From a virus (taxonomy: Duplodnaviria > Caudoviricetes), in the IMG/VR virus record IMGVR_UViG_3300044608_000251, positions 1,395 through 65,394 of that record: a stretch of 64,000 nucleotides of DNA; one strand, written 5' to 3'. The notes beneath the pieces are model-generated. The model made no database searches, had not been told where the DNA came from, and saw only the letters and a program-made list of their open reading frames with translations. A program made the translations under genes and the position numbers. This document shows, in pieces, positions 1 through 8,620 of the stretch (within the stretch, counting starts at the first letter, position 1; every line of letters starts with the position of its first letter).

Positions 1-67
1 TAGAAAAGATTAAAAAAGCATTAGCCGAACGAGGTGTTTCGTTAAAAGATTTGATAGAGGTATATAA

Positions 68-790
68 ATGAAGGAAGAAATACAAAAACTGATTGATTCC
101 CTACGACCAGTCAAAACTAAGTTTGATCTTATTCGAGTCGGCGGCGACAACGATGGTGGCTATTTACTACCTAACGACTTATTAGGTATCACCGCATGCT
201 TTTCACCAGGTGTAGACGTTACGGCATCATTTGAAATAAATCTTTGTAAGCGTGGGATTGGCTCTCACCTTGCTGATGCTTCAGTTGATAGTGTGCCTAA
301 AGGATTTACCCCCCGTTCGTTTACCAAGAAGTATTTAGGTGGGTATAACGATGATACCCATATGACCCTAGCCGCATGGATGTATGAGCAACGGGCTTTC
401 ATGGGGGATTTTATATTACAGATGGATATAGAAGGTGGCGAATACACAACTCTATTATGTACACCGCCTGACGTATTGCGTAAGTTTAGGATTATTGCAG
501 TAGAAATACACAATGTGCAGACATGGTTTACCCCGTTAGCTTGGCCTGTAGTTAAAACATTCTTTGAAAAGCTATTAGAAGATTTCCGTGTAGTACACAA
601 CCATCCTAATAACAACTGCCCATTTATAGAAGCAGATGGAATTTTGATGCCGACAGTATTTGAATTAACTTTGTTGCGCAAGGATAGAACGATTGCGTTG
701 GGTTATTGTGATCAGTTCCCGCACTCATTAGATATGCCTAATGTATTAGATAAACCTGATCGCCCATTGCCTGAAGGATGGTACAAATGA
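68..790 (+). CDS. FkbM/Methyltransf_22-like SAM-dependent methyltransferase
   Basis: 240-aa ORF with LIRVGGDNDGGY, SPGV and ILQMDIEGGEY motifs typical of FkbM-like methyltransferases. Confidence 0.7.
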   Translation: MKEEIQKLIDSLRPVKTKFDLIRVGGDNDGGYLLPNDLLGITACFSPGVDVTASFEINLCKRGIGSHLADASVDSVPKGFTPRSFTKKYLGGYNDDTHMTLAAWMYEQRAFMGDFILQMDIEGGEYTTLLCTPPDVLRKFRIIAVEIHNVQTWFTPLAWPVVKTFFEKLLEDFRVVHNHPNNNCPFIEADGILMPTVFELTLLRKDRTIALGYCDQFPHSLDMPNVLDKPDRPLPEGWYK

Positions 791-1041
791 ACAATGAACG
801 CAGTCTTGCCAAAGAAATAACAGAAGGATTTGAAGCACTTAAATCTATGAGAAACAATGAACCAGTAGCGTGGACTGCGTGTTTAGATTGTGGCAAAAGA
901 GTTACAGGCGATTCTATTCATACTTGCTCACCACAGTTAAAGACACTAACAGATGAGGAAATAGATGCTGTTTGGTTTAGTTACAAAGGCGATATTAAAG
1001 ATTTTGCTAGAGCAATACTAAGAAAGGCACAAGAGAAATGA
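778..1041 (+). CDS. hypothetical phage protein
   Basis: 87-aa ORF in a packed operon; CxxC plus LTDEEI...FARAI motif common in small phage proteins. Confidence 0.6.
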   Translation: MVQMNNERSLAKEITEGFEALKSMRNNEPVAWTACLDCGKRVTGDSIHTCSPQLKTLTDEEIDAVWFSYKGDIKDFARAILRKAQEK

Positions 1042-1901
1042 GAGAGAAGTACGGAATAGTACATAGCGATAGCCCTGTCATGGAGTTAACAACCATGATT
1101 GGATGCCCGTTGATGTGTACTTTTTGCCCCCAAGATAATTTACGTACGCAATATGGTACGTCTGAGAAGTATATGAGTCAAGTTGATCTGACAAAGATGC
1201 TAGTCAAGTTACCAAAAAACACCCGTATTGATTTCTCAGGTATGTCAGAGCCTTGGGCTAACCCCGAATGTACTTCTATGTTAGAAGAAGTTTTATACAT
1301 GGGGTTTAACGTAGCCATCTACTCAACCCTTTATGGTATGACTGACCCTGAACGGGTACGCAAAGTATTAGAAGAACACCCTAACCAAGTAGAAGTAATT
1401 ATGCTACACCTGCCTGATGCCAATGGAAACATGAAGGGCTGGAAGAACAGTGAAGAGTGGCAAAGAGCCGCCGCTATCATCTCTCATACTAACGTACCAT
1501 GTCGTGTCGGTGCGATGACTATGGATAGGAACGGTATAGTTCATCCCGAACTGCAATCTATGGTGGGTCAATTAGCTGGATGGGTAGGGCATACTAGGGC
1601 AGATAGCCTTAACTTGGAACAGATTGCTGGTCAAGCAATTAGCATAACACCCCATAATAAGTTCTCATTAACTTGTAGGTCAACACCATTCTATGATCGG
1701 AATGTTCTTCTTCCTGATGGTTCTGTGGTTCTATGTTGCATGGACTACGACCTTAAACACATTATTGGAAACCTTTTAGAGCAGACCTACGATGAGGTAA
1801 TGCAGGGTAAACCCTTGCAGGACTTGGTTGCCATAAACGAGGTTTCTGAATTTAATAAATGTAGTATTTGTAAATCTTGTGAAAACGTGAGGAAGATATG
1901 A
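1038..1901 (+). CDS. radical SAM enzyme with C-terminal SPASM/twitch domain
   Basis: CPLMCTFC (CX3CX2C), FSGMSEP, and C-terminal LCCMDY...IGNL...CxxCxxC. Confidence 0.85.
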   Translation: MREKYGIVHSDSPVMELTTMIGCPLMCTFCPQDNLRTQYGTSEKYMSQVDLTKMLVKLPKNTRIDFSGMSEPWANPECTSMLEEVLYMGFNVAIYSTLYGMTDPERVRKVLEEHPNQVEVIMLHLPDANGNMKGWKNSEEWQRAAAIISHTNVPCRVGAMTMDRNGIVHPELQSMVGQLAGWVGHTRADSLNLEQIAGQAISITPHNKFSLTCRSTPFYDRNVLLPDGSVVLCCMDYDLKHIIGNLLEQTYDEVMQGKPLQDLVAINEVSEFNKCSICKSCENVRKI

Positions 1902-2161
1902 GAAGAAAAGAGCCTACTGATAAAGAAATAGAAGATTTACCTGATGGATATATTGAAGCGCTGGAAAGGGCAATGACTTTTACAGCGGAAATAAAACTTA
2001 AATTAAGAGATGACTTTGCCATAAGAATTATGGCTGGCATGTGTGCTGGTGATTGGAAGTTAGACCTGTCTGATGGTAAGACGTGGGAAAAAGCGGCTTC
2101 TAAACGTGCTTATGAGATAGCGGATGCAATGATTAAAGAGAGGGAGATTAGTAATGTTTAA
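1898..2161 (+). CDS. hypothetical protein (LRDxFA...AYxxADAM family)
   Basis: 87-aa ORF; paralogous to 4455-4649. Confidence 0.65.
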   Translation: MRRKEPTDKEIEDLPDGYIEALERAMTFTAEIKLKLRDDFAIRIMAGMCAGDWKLDLSDGKTWEKAASKRAYEIADAMIKEREISNV

Positions 2162-2318
2162 AAATATTGCAATAGTCGTACTTCTTATTGTTATAGGTAT
2201 TTATTTTTGGGGGGATAGCCCTGCCCAAGAGTGTCCTGTGGAAAAGAAAACCCCACGATGGGAAGACAATTGCATCATTCAAAAGAGTGGTGATAGGGAG
2301 ATAAAGACATGCGGATAA
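2154..2318 (+). CDS. small membrane-anchored protein (54 aa)
   Basis: Hand translation MFKNIAIVVLLIVIGIYFWGDSPAQECPVEKK...TCG*; fills the gap between neighbours, GGGAG upstream. Confidence 0.55.
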   Translation: MFKNIAIVVLLIVIGIYFWGDSPAQECPVEKKTPRWEDNCIIQKSGDREIKTCG

Positions 2319-3025
2319 TGGTAATTACCCCTACTACTGGGAAAGATACGCTATTGAAGGCAATAGAAAGTGTGCGGAACCAAACTATCAAGACTGAGCA
2401 TTTAGTTGTGGTAGACGGAAATGGGGATATATACACCCGCTTTGCCAATATGCTTTTAAATAAAATCAGCCCCAACTACGATAACCCGTTACAGTTTATT
2501 CCTTTACCCGAAAACGTAGGTGGTAATGGGTGGTACGGACACCGAGTCTATGCGGCTATGCCACTAATGGTAAACGCTGATTACATTCTTTTTTTGGATG
2601 AGGACAATTGGTTCGAGCCTAATCATGTGGAAACCATGATTAACAAAATAAAAAGTAAAGACTTAATGTGGGCTTACAGTTTAAGGAAGATATACGATGA
2701 ACGAGGACAATATGTTTGCGATGATGATTGCGAGGCACTCGGTAGATACCCGACGTTTTATGATCATACTGTCAACTTTGTTGATACTAACTGCTATTGC
2801 TTTAAGCGTGAGTATTTGGTCAGTATTGCTCATTCTTTCTACGGGCAGTGGGGTGCTGACAGACCGTTCTATAAATCTGCCTCAACAAATTTGCCTGCCT
2901 TCGGATGCACAGGAGAGGCTACGGTTAATTACCGAGCGCCCGAAAGATTACTTAGCATGTTTAGAGAGGGCAATGAAGTCATGAAAAAAGCCTATGGGGA
3001 ACCTTTACCTTGGAGAAAAAAATGA
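2309..3025 (+). CDS. family 2 glycosyltransferase
   Basis: VITPT...L.KAIESVRNQT...VVVDG and YILFLDEDN (DxD) GT-A motifs. Confidence 0.85.
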   Translation: MRIMVITPTTGKDTLLKAIESVRNQTIKTEHLVVVDGNGDIYTRFANMLLNKISPNYDNPLQFIPLPENVGGNGWYGHRVYAAMPLMVNADYILFLDEDNWFEPNHVETMINKIKSKDLMWAYSLRKIYDERGQYVCDDDCEALGRYPTFYDHTVNFVDTNCYCFKREYLVSIAHSFYGQWGADRPFYKSASTNLPAFGCTGEATVNYRAPERLLSMFREGNEVMKKAYGEPLPWRKK

Positions 3026-3186
3026 TCGAAACGTTAGTCAAACCACAACCACTAGATAATGACGTTGCAGTAGTAAAAATATTACAACTGATGGGGCAGT
3101 TAACCCCGAACGATATTGCCTATGTGTTAAGGGTATCAGCGCAAGTTTATATGGCTGTTAGAGAGGATAAAAATAATGGAAATTAA
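3022..3186 (+). CDS. hypothetical protein (54 aa)
   Basis: Hand translation MIETLVKPQPLDNDVAVV...; ATGA overlap with the upstream stop. Confidence 0.55.
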   Translation: MIETLVKPQPLDNDVAVVKILQLMGQLTPNDIAYVLRVSAQVYMAVREDKNNGN

Positions 3187-3391
3187 ATTACGCATTATTA
3201 AAGAAAACAAAGACGGGTCTGCCAACGCAGAAATCGACTTTGATAAAGAAGGTTTAGAGTTCTTAGTACAAGAAGGCATACTGCATATACTAGAAGCCTA
3301 CATTAAACAGAACGAGAACGCCAAAAAAGGGGCTAAGCTACGTAAGAAGTTAGCTAAAAAAGAAGAATTTGATATAGACGGGAGATGCTAA
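3176..3391 (+). CDS. hypothetical protein
   Basis: 71-aa ORF in operon, GAGG RBS. Confidence 0.6.
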   Translation: MEIKLRIIKENKDGSANAEIDFDKEGLEFLVQEGILHILEAYIKQNENAKKGAKLRKKLAKKEEFDIDGRC

Positions 3392-3667
3392 ATGAATGGA
3401 TTATGGGAATTAGCAAACAAGGTTAGTGAGATTGGTTGCAGGATATACGGCATTAAGTGCGTTGCTGAGATGCAAGGCGAGGCTGATTCAGACAACATGA
3501 ATAGCGGGGTATCTTGGACTATTGCAGAAATGTGCGACATTTATAGCGACAAATTAGAAGAATTATCATCAGCAATTATGTCTGTTAGTCACGAACAAGA
3601 AGAACGTATCCGAGAATTAGAAGCGCTTGTAGCCAAACACGAACTGAAAAAAGGGAGAAAGAAATGA
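3392..3667 (+). CDS. hypothetical coiled-coil protein
   Basis: 91-aa ORF abutting neighbours. Confidence 0.6.
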   Translation: MNGLWELANKVSEIGCRIYGIKCVAEMQGEADSDNMNSGVSWTIAEMCDIYSDKLEELSSAIMSVSHEQEERIRELEALVAKHELKKGRKK

Positions 3668-4458
3668 GTTTTAAAAAAGATAAACAACCCATGATGCCAG
3701 TCATCCAACAAGCGCCATTGGCTAAACTGTTTGTAGCTACACCCATGTACGGCGGTATGTGTACAGGCTTGTATGCGTCGGCAGTAATGCAATGCGTAGG
3801 CGCTTTTGGTCAGGCTGGTATTCAGATGTACTACTCGTTTATGATGAACGAGTCTTTGATTACCCGTGCCCGTAACAGTATGGCTTATGACTTTATGAAG
3901 TCTGATGCTACACATCTTATGTTTATTGATGCAGACATTGGGTTTAATCCACAAGACATCCCCCGCATGCTTATGGCGGACAAGGATATTATCTGTGGTA
4001 TCTATCCTAAGAAAGAGATTAACTGGGTAGAAGTTACCCAAGCAGTAAAAGCTGGTGTTCCGCCTGACCAACTGAGTCAGCATACTGGGGCATTTGTTCT
4101 TAACTTACCATCAGGTGTACAGAGTGCAACAGGAAACATTAATGAGCCTATTGAGATTGCCAATGGTGGTACAGGGTTTATGTTAATTAAACGTAAAGTA
4201 TTTGATACCCTTGCTGATAAAGTGCCAAGCTATACAAACGATATGTACCATGCGGTAGACACAGTACGAGAAGTTAAGGTAATTAGAGAATACTTTGCCA
4301 CCAGCATTGATGAAGAATCTAACCGTTTGTTATCAGAGGATTACCACTTCTGTAAGATTGCAAGGCAAGCTGGGTTTAAAGTTTGGTGTGCGCCTTGGGC
4401 TAGTTTTAGTCATACAGGTTCTTATAACTTTAGTGGGCAACTACCGAGGTCAGCATGA
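3664..4458 (+). CDS. GT-A fold glycosyltransferase-like protein
   Basis: LFVATPMYGG, ESLITRARN, HLMFIDADI (DxD), GTGFMLI and LSEDYHFC motifs. Confidence 0.8.
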   Translation: MSFKKDKQPMMPVIQQAPLAKLFVATPMYGGMCTGLYASAVMQCVGAFGQAGIQMYYSFMMNESLITRARNSMAYDFMKSDATHLMFIDADIGFNPQDIPRMLMADKDIICGIYPKKEINWVEVTQAVKAGVPPDQLSQHTGAFVLNLPSGVQSATGNINEPIEIANGGTGFMLIKRKVFDTLADKVPSYTNDMYHAVDTVREVKVIREYFATSIDEESNRLLSEDYHFCKIARQAGFKVWCAPWASFSHTGSYNFSGQLPRSA

Positions 4459-4649
4459 ACGAAGAAGACTTGAGGGATTGCTTTGCGATGTTTGCAATGA
4501 TGGGGCTAATTGTAAATGAGGGAAGACTAGATGATCGCATACCTAACAGAGCATACTTGATGGCAGACCTAATGCTAGAGGCACGTAACCCATCCGACGA
4601 AGAAGGTATTGCAGTAATTAAAAAGAGGAAGTATGTCAGAAAAAATTGA
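4455..4649 (+). CDS. hypothetical protein, paralog of 1898-2161
   Basis: LRDCFAMFAM...RAYLMADLMLEAR versus LRDDFAIRIM...RAYEIADAMIKER. Confidence 0.65.
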   Translation: MNEEDLRDCFAMFAMMGLIVNEGRLDDRIPNRAYLMADLMLEARNPSDEEGIAVIKKRKYVRKN

Positions 4650-4824
4650 TATGCGTAAAGCGGTAAGGGATGCAGAGGTTAGCCTAACAGGTAAGCGTTA
4701 CTGTACTAGCTGTCAATCAATGCAACCTGCGTTAACAGGTACGATGTTAGAAGGTAAACGAAACAGATGGCAATGCTATAACTGTACTAAAAAGATAAAT
4801 GCACGTAAATATGGAAAGGATTAG
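4633..4824 (+). CDS. small C4 zinc-finger protein
   Basis: CTSC and CYNC pairs. Confidence 0.6.
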   Translation: MSEKIDMRKAVRDAEVSLTGKRYCTSCQSMQPALTGTMLEGKRNRWQCYNCTKKINARKYGKD

Positions 4825-4829
4825 AGAAG

Positions 4830-5123
4830 ATGACGATATTGAAAGAAGCGCATAATATTATTTATGGTGATCGTGAGAAGACCTACGGACACCCAAGCAA
4901 GAACCTTAGCACCATTGCGGTGATGTGGAACGCATACTTAAATGCTAAACCCGTACCTACTGGGGTGTTAGAACTTAACGCTAAAGATGTAGCCGCCTTG
5001 ATGATGTTAGTTAAAGTGGCCCGCTTTGCTAATGACCCAACACACAGAGATAACTTAGTAGATATTTGTGGTTATGCCGCATTGATCGAACGGTGTGATG
5101 AGGCTGAGACAGACGATGCGTAA
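4830..5123 (+). CDS. DUF6378-like protein (putative nucleotide-modification associated)
   Basis: IIYGDREKTYGHP...IAxMW...KVAR...HRDNLVDICGYA pattern. Confidence 0.7.
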   Translation: MTILKEAHNIIYGDREKTYGHPSKNLSTIAVMWNAYLNAKPVPTGVLELNAKDVAALMMLVKVARFANDPTHRDNLVDICGYAALIERCDEAETDDA

Positions 5124-5538
5124 GCCCTTTGAGCAAGAACTTCACGACCTTTACGATGCGCCCGCAAAAGAAATGGTAGCTGATTTTGTGGAAAGAAAAT
5201 GTGGTGTAACGGTACAACCAAACCCCGATCAATACGGAGTTGATCTGTTAGTATTGAAGGAAGGTAAGTTGGTTGGCACAATTGAGGTAGAAGTTCGCCA
5301 ATGGCATCCGTGCCCATATCCGACAATCCATGTGCCTGAACGTAAACGTAAGTTCTTCTCAGAGAATTCTTTATTCTTTGCGCTGACAAAAGAAATGACC
5401 CATGCGTACTGGATTCAGATGAAAGACATAGATCAATACCCTGTTAGGGAAATCAGCAATTACAAAGTTGCTAGAGGTGAGCTATTCTTTGATGTACCCA
5501 CAGACCAATTTGTATATACGGATTTAATAAATGACTGA
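5116..5538 (+). CDS. putative PD-(D/E)XK-like nuclease
   Basis: YGVDL...IEVEVR acidic motif; start placed at ATG 5116. Confidence 0.45.
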   Translation: MRKPFEQELHDLYDAPAKEMVADFVERKCGVTVQPNPDQYGVDLLVLKEGKLVGTIEVEVRQWHPCPYPTIHVPERKRKFFSENSLFFALTKEMTHAYWIQMKDIDQYPVREISNYKVARGELFFDVPTDQFVYTDLIND

Positions 5539-5710
5539 TTTAGAATTTACAAAACAAGATGCACAAGAAGCCTTTTTTAATTTAGGTAAGATGGCTGGAA
5601 GACTGAGCCATGACGAGGGTAGAAGATTAGCTATGTTGACACAGATCATTGCAAGCTATATGACGCAATTAGAGGAGAAGCTGAGTGAACACAACGAAAA
5701 AAGAACTTGA
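5531..5710 (+). CDS. hypothetical protein (59 aa)
   Basis: Hand translation MTDLEFTKQDAQEAFFNLGK...; fills operon gap. Confidence 0.5.
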   Translation: MTDLEFTKQDAQEAFFNLGKMAGRLSHDEGRRLAMLTQIIASYMTQLEEKLSEHNEKRT

Positions 5711-5870
5711 GAGCGCATTAAAAAGGTTAGTAGAGTCTGCATCTAACTACGTTCAAGACGATATATGGTACGTTGCTTTAATGCTTGATATACAAAATGC
5801 TGCCTTTGTATTAGGTGATGACGCAACCCATGATTGGGTAGAAGAATGTTTAGAAGGGATTACAGAGTGA
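5685..5870 (+). CDS. hypothetical protein
   Basis: 61-aa ORF, GAGGAG RBS before GTG. Confidence 0.5.
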   Translation: MNTTKKELESALKRLVESASNYVQDDIWYVALMLDIQNAAFVLGDDATHDWVEECLEGITE

Positions 5871-7696
5871 ACTTAATAACGATTGACTTTGAGACTTACT
5901 ACGATAAGTCTACATATAGTTTATCGAAATCGACCACAGAAGAATATGTGCGTGACCCCCGTTTTGAGGTAATCGGAGTAGCTGTTAAGGTTAACAACGA
6001 AGAAACCGAGTGGGCTAGTGGTACACACGAACAGATTAAGAAGTGGTTACAAGGATTTGATTGGGCTAACTCAGGTGCGCTTGCACACAACATGATGTTT
6101 GATGGCTTTATCCTTTCCGAAAGATTTGGCATTGAACCAAAGATATACCTTGATACTTTATGTATGGGTCGTGGGCTACATGGTGTGGAAGTTGGTGGCA
6201 GCCTAGCTGCATTAACTACAAGATACAACTTAGGTGTTAAGGGTGATGAGGTTATCGCAGCATCCGGGAAAACTCGGATCGACTTTACAGATGAAGAACT
6301 TAATAGATACGGTGATTACTGTGTCAATGATGTGGAATTAACCTACAAACTATTTCATACAATCATGGCAAAGGGGTTCCCCAAAAAGGAACTAAAGATC
6401 ATCGACCTAACCCTTCGGATGTTTACCTTGCCGAAACTAGATTTAAACCTAACTATGTTAGAGCAACATCTACGAAACATTCAGGATAAGAAAGCCCTAC
6501 TATTATTAGAGGCTGACGTTGAGAAGACCGAGTTGGCTTCTAACCCGAAGTTTGCCGCCCTCTTAGAAAAGATGGGTGTGCCTGTGCCAATAAAGATTAG
6601 CCCTGCAACAGGAAAGGAAACATTTGCCCTTGCTAAAAATGATGAAGAGTTTAAGGCTTTGGCTGAACACCCTGATCTTAGAGTTCAGGCACTCGTTGCC
6701 GCTAGACTGGGGACTAAGTCAACCCTTGAGGAAACCCGAACAGAAAGATTTATCGGAATCTCAAAAAGAGGATTGATGCCAGTCCCCCTAAAATACTATG
6801 CGGCACATACGGGAAGGTGGGGTGGTAGTGATTCCCTAAACTTGCAGAACCTTCCAGCACGGGGTGATAACGGTGGGAAGTTAAAGAAAGCAATTGAAGC
6901 TCCTGAAGGCTATGTAATTATTGATTCAGACTCATCACAGATTGAAGCACGGGTACTTGCTTGGTTAGCAGGACAGAACGATTTGGTGGAGGCATTTAAG
7001 AATGGCGAAGACGTTTACAAGATCATGGCTTCGGCTATATATGAAAAGAGCGCAGATAAAATCACGAAGGAGGAACGCTTCGTCGGGAAGACGACCATCC
7101 TTGGCGCTGGCTACGGGATGGGGGCAAAGAAATTCGGGGCACAACTTAAGACGTTCGGTACGAGTGTTACTGAAGAGGAAGCCCGTCATATCATCGAGGT
7201 ATACCGACAAACATATCCTAGCATTGTTAGCTTGTGGCGAGAAGCGCAGACGGCCCTAGAAGCATTAACTAAAGGCATGACAACATCTTTGGGTAAAGAA
7301 GGTGTACTAAGTCTGGTCCCAGAAGAACGTGGAATTCGATTGCCAAGTGGCTTGTTGCTTCGTTACGACGGATTGATAGCACTACGGGGTGAGAAAGGTA
7401 TGCAATACAATTACAGGACTCGCTTCGGATGGAACAATATCTATGGCGGTAAGGTTATTGAGAACGTCTGCCAAGCCCTTGCTAGATGTATCATTGGCGA
7501 ACAGATGATTAAGATTGCTAAGAAGTATGATGTCGTATTGACGGTTCATGATGCGGTTGCATGTCTTGCACGTGAGGAAGAAGCTGAAGAAGCCCAAGCC
7601 TACGTAGAGGAGTGCATGAAGTGGACACCTGAGTGGGCAGATGGTTTGCCTGTTAGTTGTGAGAGTGGGTACGGGAGGAGTTATGGAGATTGCTGA
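5867..7696 (+). CDS. polA: family A DNA polymerase with 3'-5' exonuclease
   Basis: IDFET exo I, motif A DSSQIEARV, motif B RFVGKTTILGAGYG, motif C TVHDA. Confidence 0.92.
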   Translation: MNLITIDFETYYDKSTYSLSKSTTEEYVRDPRFEVIGVAVKVNNEETEWASGTHEQIKKWLQGFDWANSGALAHNMMFDGFILSERFGIEPKIYLDTLCMGRGLHGVEVGGSLAALTTRYNLGVKGDEVIAASGKTRIDFTDEELNRYGDYCVNDVELTYKLFHTIMAKGFPKKELKIIDLTLRMFTLPKLDLNLTMLEQHLRNIQDKKALLLLEADVEKTELASNPKFAALLEKMGVPVPIKISPATGKETFALAKNDEEFKALAEHPDLRVQALVAARLGTKSTLEETRTERFIGISKRGLMPVPLKYYAAHTGRWGGSDSLNLQNLPARGDNGGKLKKAIEAPEGYVIIDSDSSQIEARVLAWLAGQNDLVEAFKNGEDVYKIMASAIYEKSADKITKEERFVGKTTILGAGYGMGAKKFGAQLKTFGTSVTEEEARHIIEVYRQTYPSIVSLWREAQTALEALTKGMTTSLGKEGVLSLVPEERGIRLPSGLLLRYDGLIALRGEKGMQYNYRTRFGWNNIYGGKVIENVCQALARCIIGEQMIKIAKKYDVVLTVHDAVACLAREEEAEEAQAYVEECMKWTPEWADGLPVSCESGYGRSYGDC

Positions 7697-8288
7697 GGAA
7701 TACAGATTAAAAGTATCAGTTAGAAATAACTTAATATTAAAAGCTATGGAAGCCCAAGGGTATACAAACATACATAAGTTCTCTAAAGCATGTGATGTTT
7801 CTATTACAGGGTTATATGATTTAATTAATTTAAAGGCTGCCCCTATAACTGAAGACGGGGAGTTTAGTAAAGTAGCAAAACAGTTAATGGAAGCCCTTGG
7901 TGCTTGCCCAGTAGAACTTTGGACTGAGGAACAACTAACTTTAAAACTAAGAACGAACAGTGTAGAAAGACATCTTAGTAAAGAGGCGTTACAAGAAGCC
8001 TTACAGTCTAATGCTAGAAGTTTAGTTGGCTTACCTTATGATGAGGTAGTTGACAAAGAAGAAGTTACATTAGTTAGGGACACGCTAGATAGCTTAACAC
8101 CTAGAGAAGCGCAAGTATTAAGCATGCGTTTTGGAATAGGTAATGAAGATGAAGGTTCTTTAGAGGAAGTAGGTAAAAAGTTGGGGGTATCACGTGAGCG
8201 TGTTCGGCAGATGGAAGCTAAAGCATTACGTAAGATGCGCCACCCTTCAAGATCAGATAAATTAAGAGAACTTTTAGATGAGGAATAG
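7683..8288 (+). CDS. HTH plus sigma70 region-4 fusion (sigma-like regulator lacking region 2)
   Basis: C-terminus LTPREAQVLSMRFG...SLEEVG...SRERVRQMEAKALRKMRHPSRS closely matches RpoD region 4; GGAGGAG RBS. Confidence 0.8.
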   Translation: MEIAEEYRLKVSVRNNLILKAMEAQGYTNIHKFSKACDVSITGLYDLINLKAAPITEDGEFSKVAKQLMEALGACPVELWTEEQLTLKLRTNSVERHLSKEALQEALQSNARSLVGLPYDEVVDKEEVTLVRDTLDSLTPREAQVLSMRFGIGNEDEGSLEEVGKKLGVSRERVRQMEAKALRKMRHPSRSDKLRELLDEE

Positions 8289-8490
8289 TATGAATTTAGA
8301 ACCTGTGGGCGCAGTTGTTTTTGATTACGCAGATTTATTATTACGTGCTAGGACTAACCTACGTGGTTTTGAGAACGCTATGAATAGTCGTCACTTTGGT
8401 GAGGCACACGAATATATGATGAACGCTTTTGTAGATGTACGATTATTAACCCATATATCAGGAGAATCTTGTGACAATAAGCAGGAGTGA
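8278..8490 (+). CDS. hypothetical protein
   Basis: 70-aa ORF in operon. Confidence 0.55.
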   Translation: MRNSMNLEPVGAVVFDYADLLLRARTNLRGFENAMNSRHFGEAHEYMMNAFVDVRLLTHISGESCDNKQE

Positions 8491-8620
8491 CTTATTAAAA
8501 GAACTAATGCCAGGACTTAAAGCATTGTTTGATATTGAATACGATAAATATAAGGATGATCCTCGTATGCCTGTCTTTGCTGAGAAACCAAGCTATGAGA
8601 TTGAGGTAGATTTTGACTAA
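8471..8620 (+). CDS. 49-aa capsid N-terminus mimic peptide
   Basis: AGGAGA RBS, GTG start, MTISRSDLLKELMPGLKALFDIEYDKYKDDPRMPVFAEKPSYEIEVDFD*; 18/27 identical to the MCP N-terminus. Confidence 0.75.
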   Translation: MTISRSDLLKELMPGLKALFDIEYDKYKDDPRMPVFAEKPSYEIEVDFD

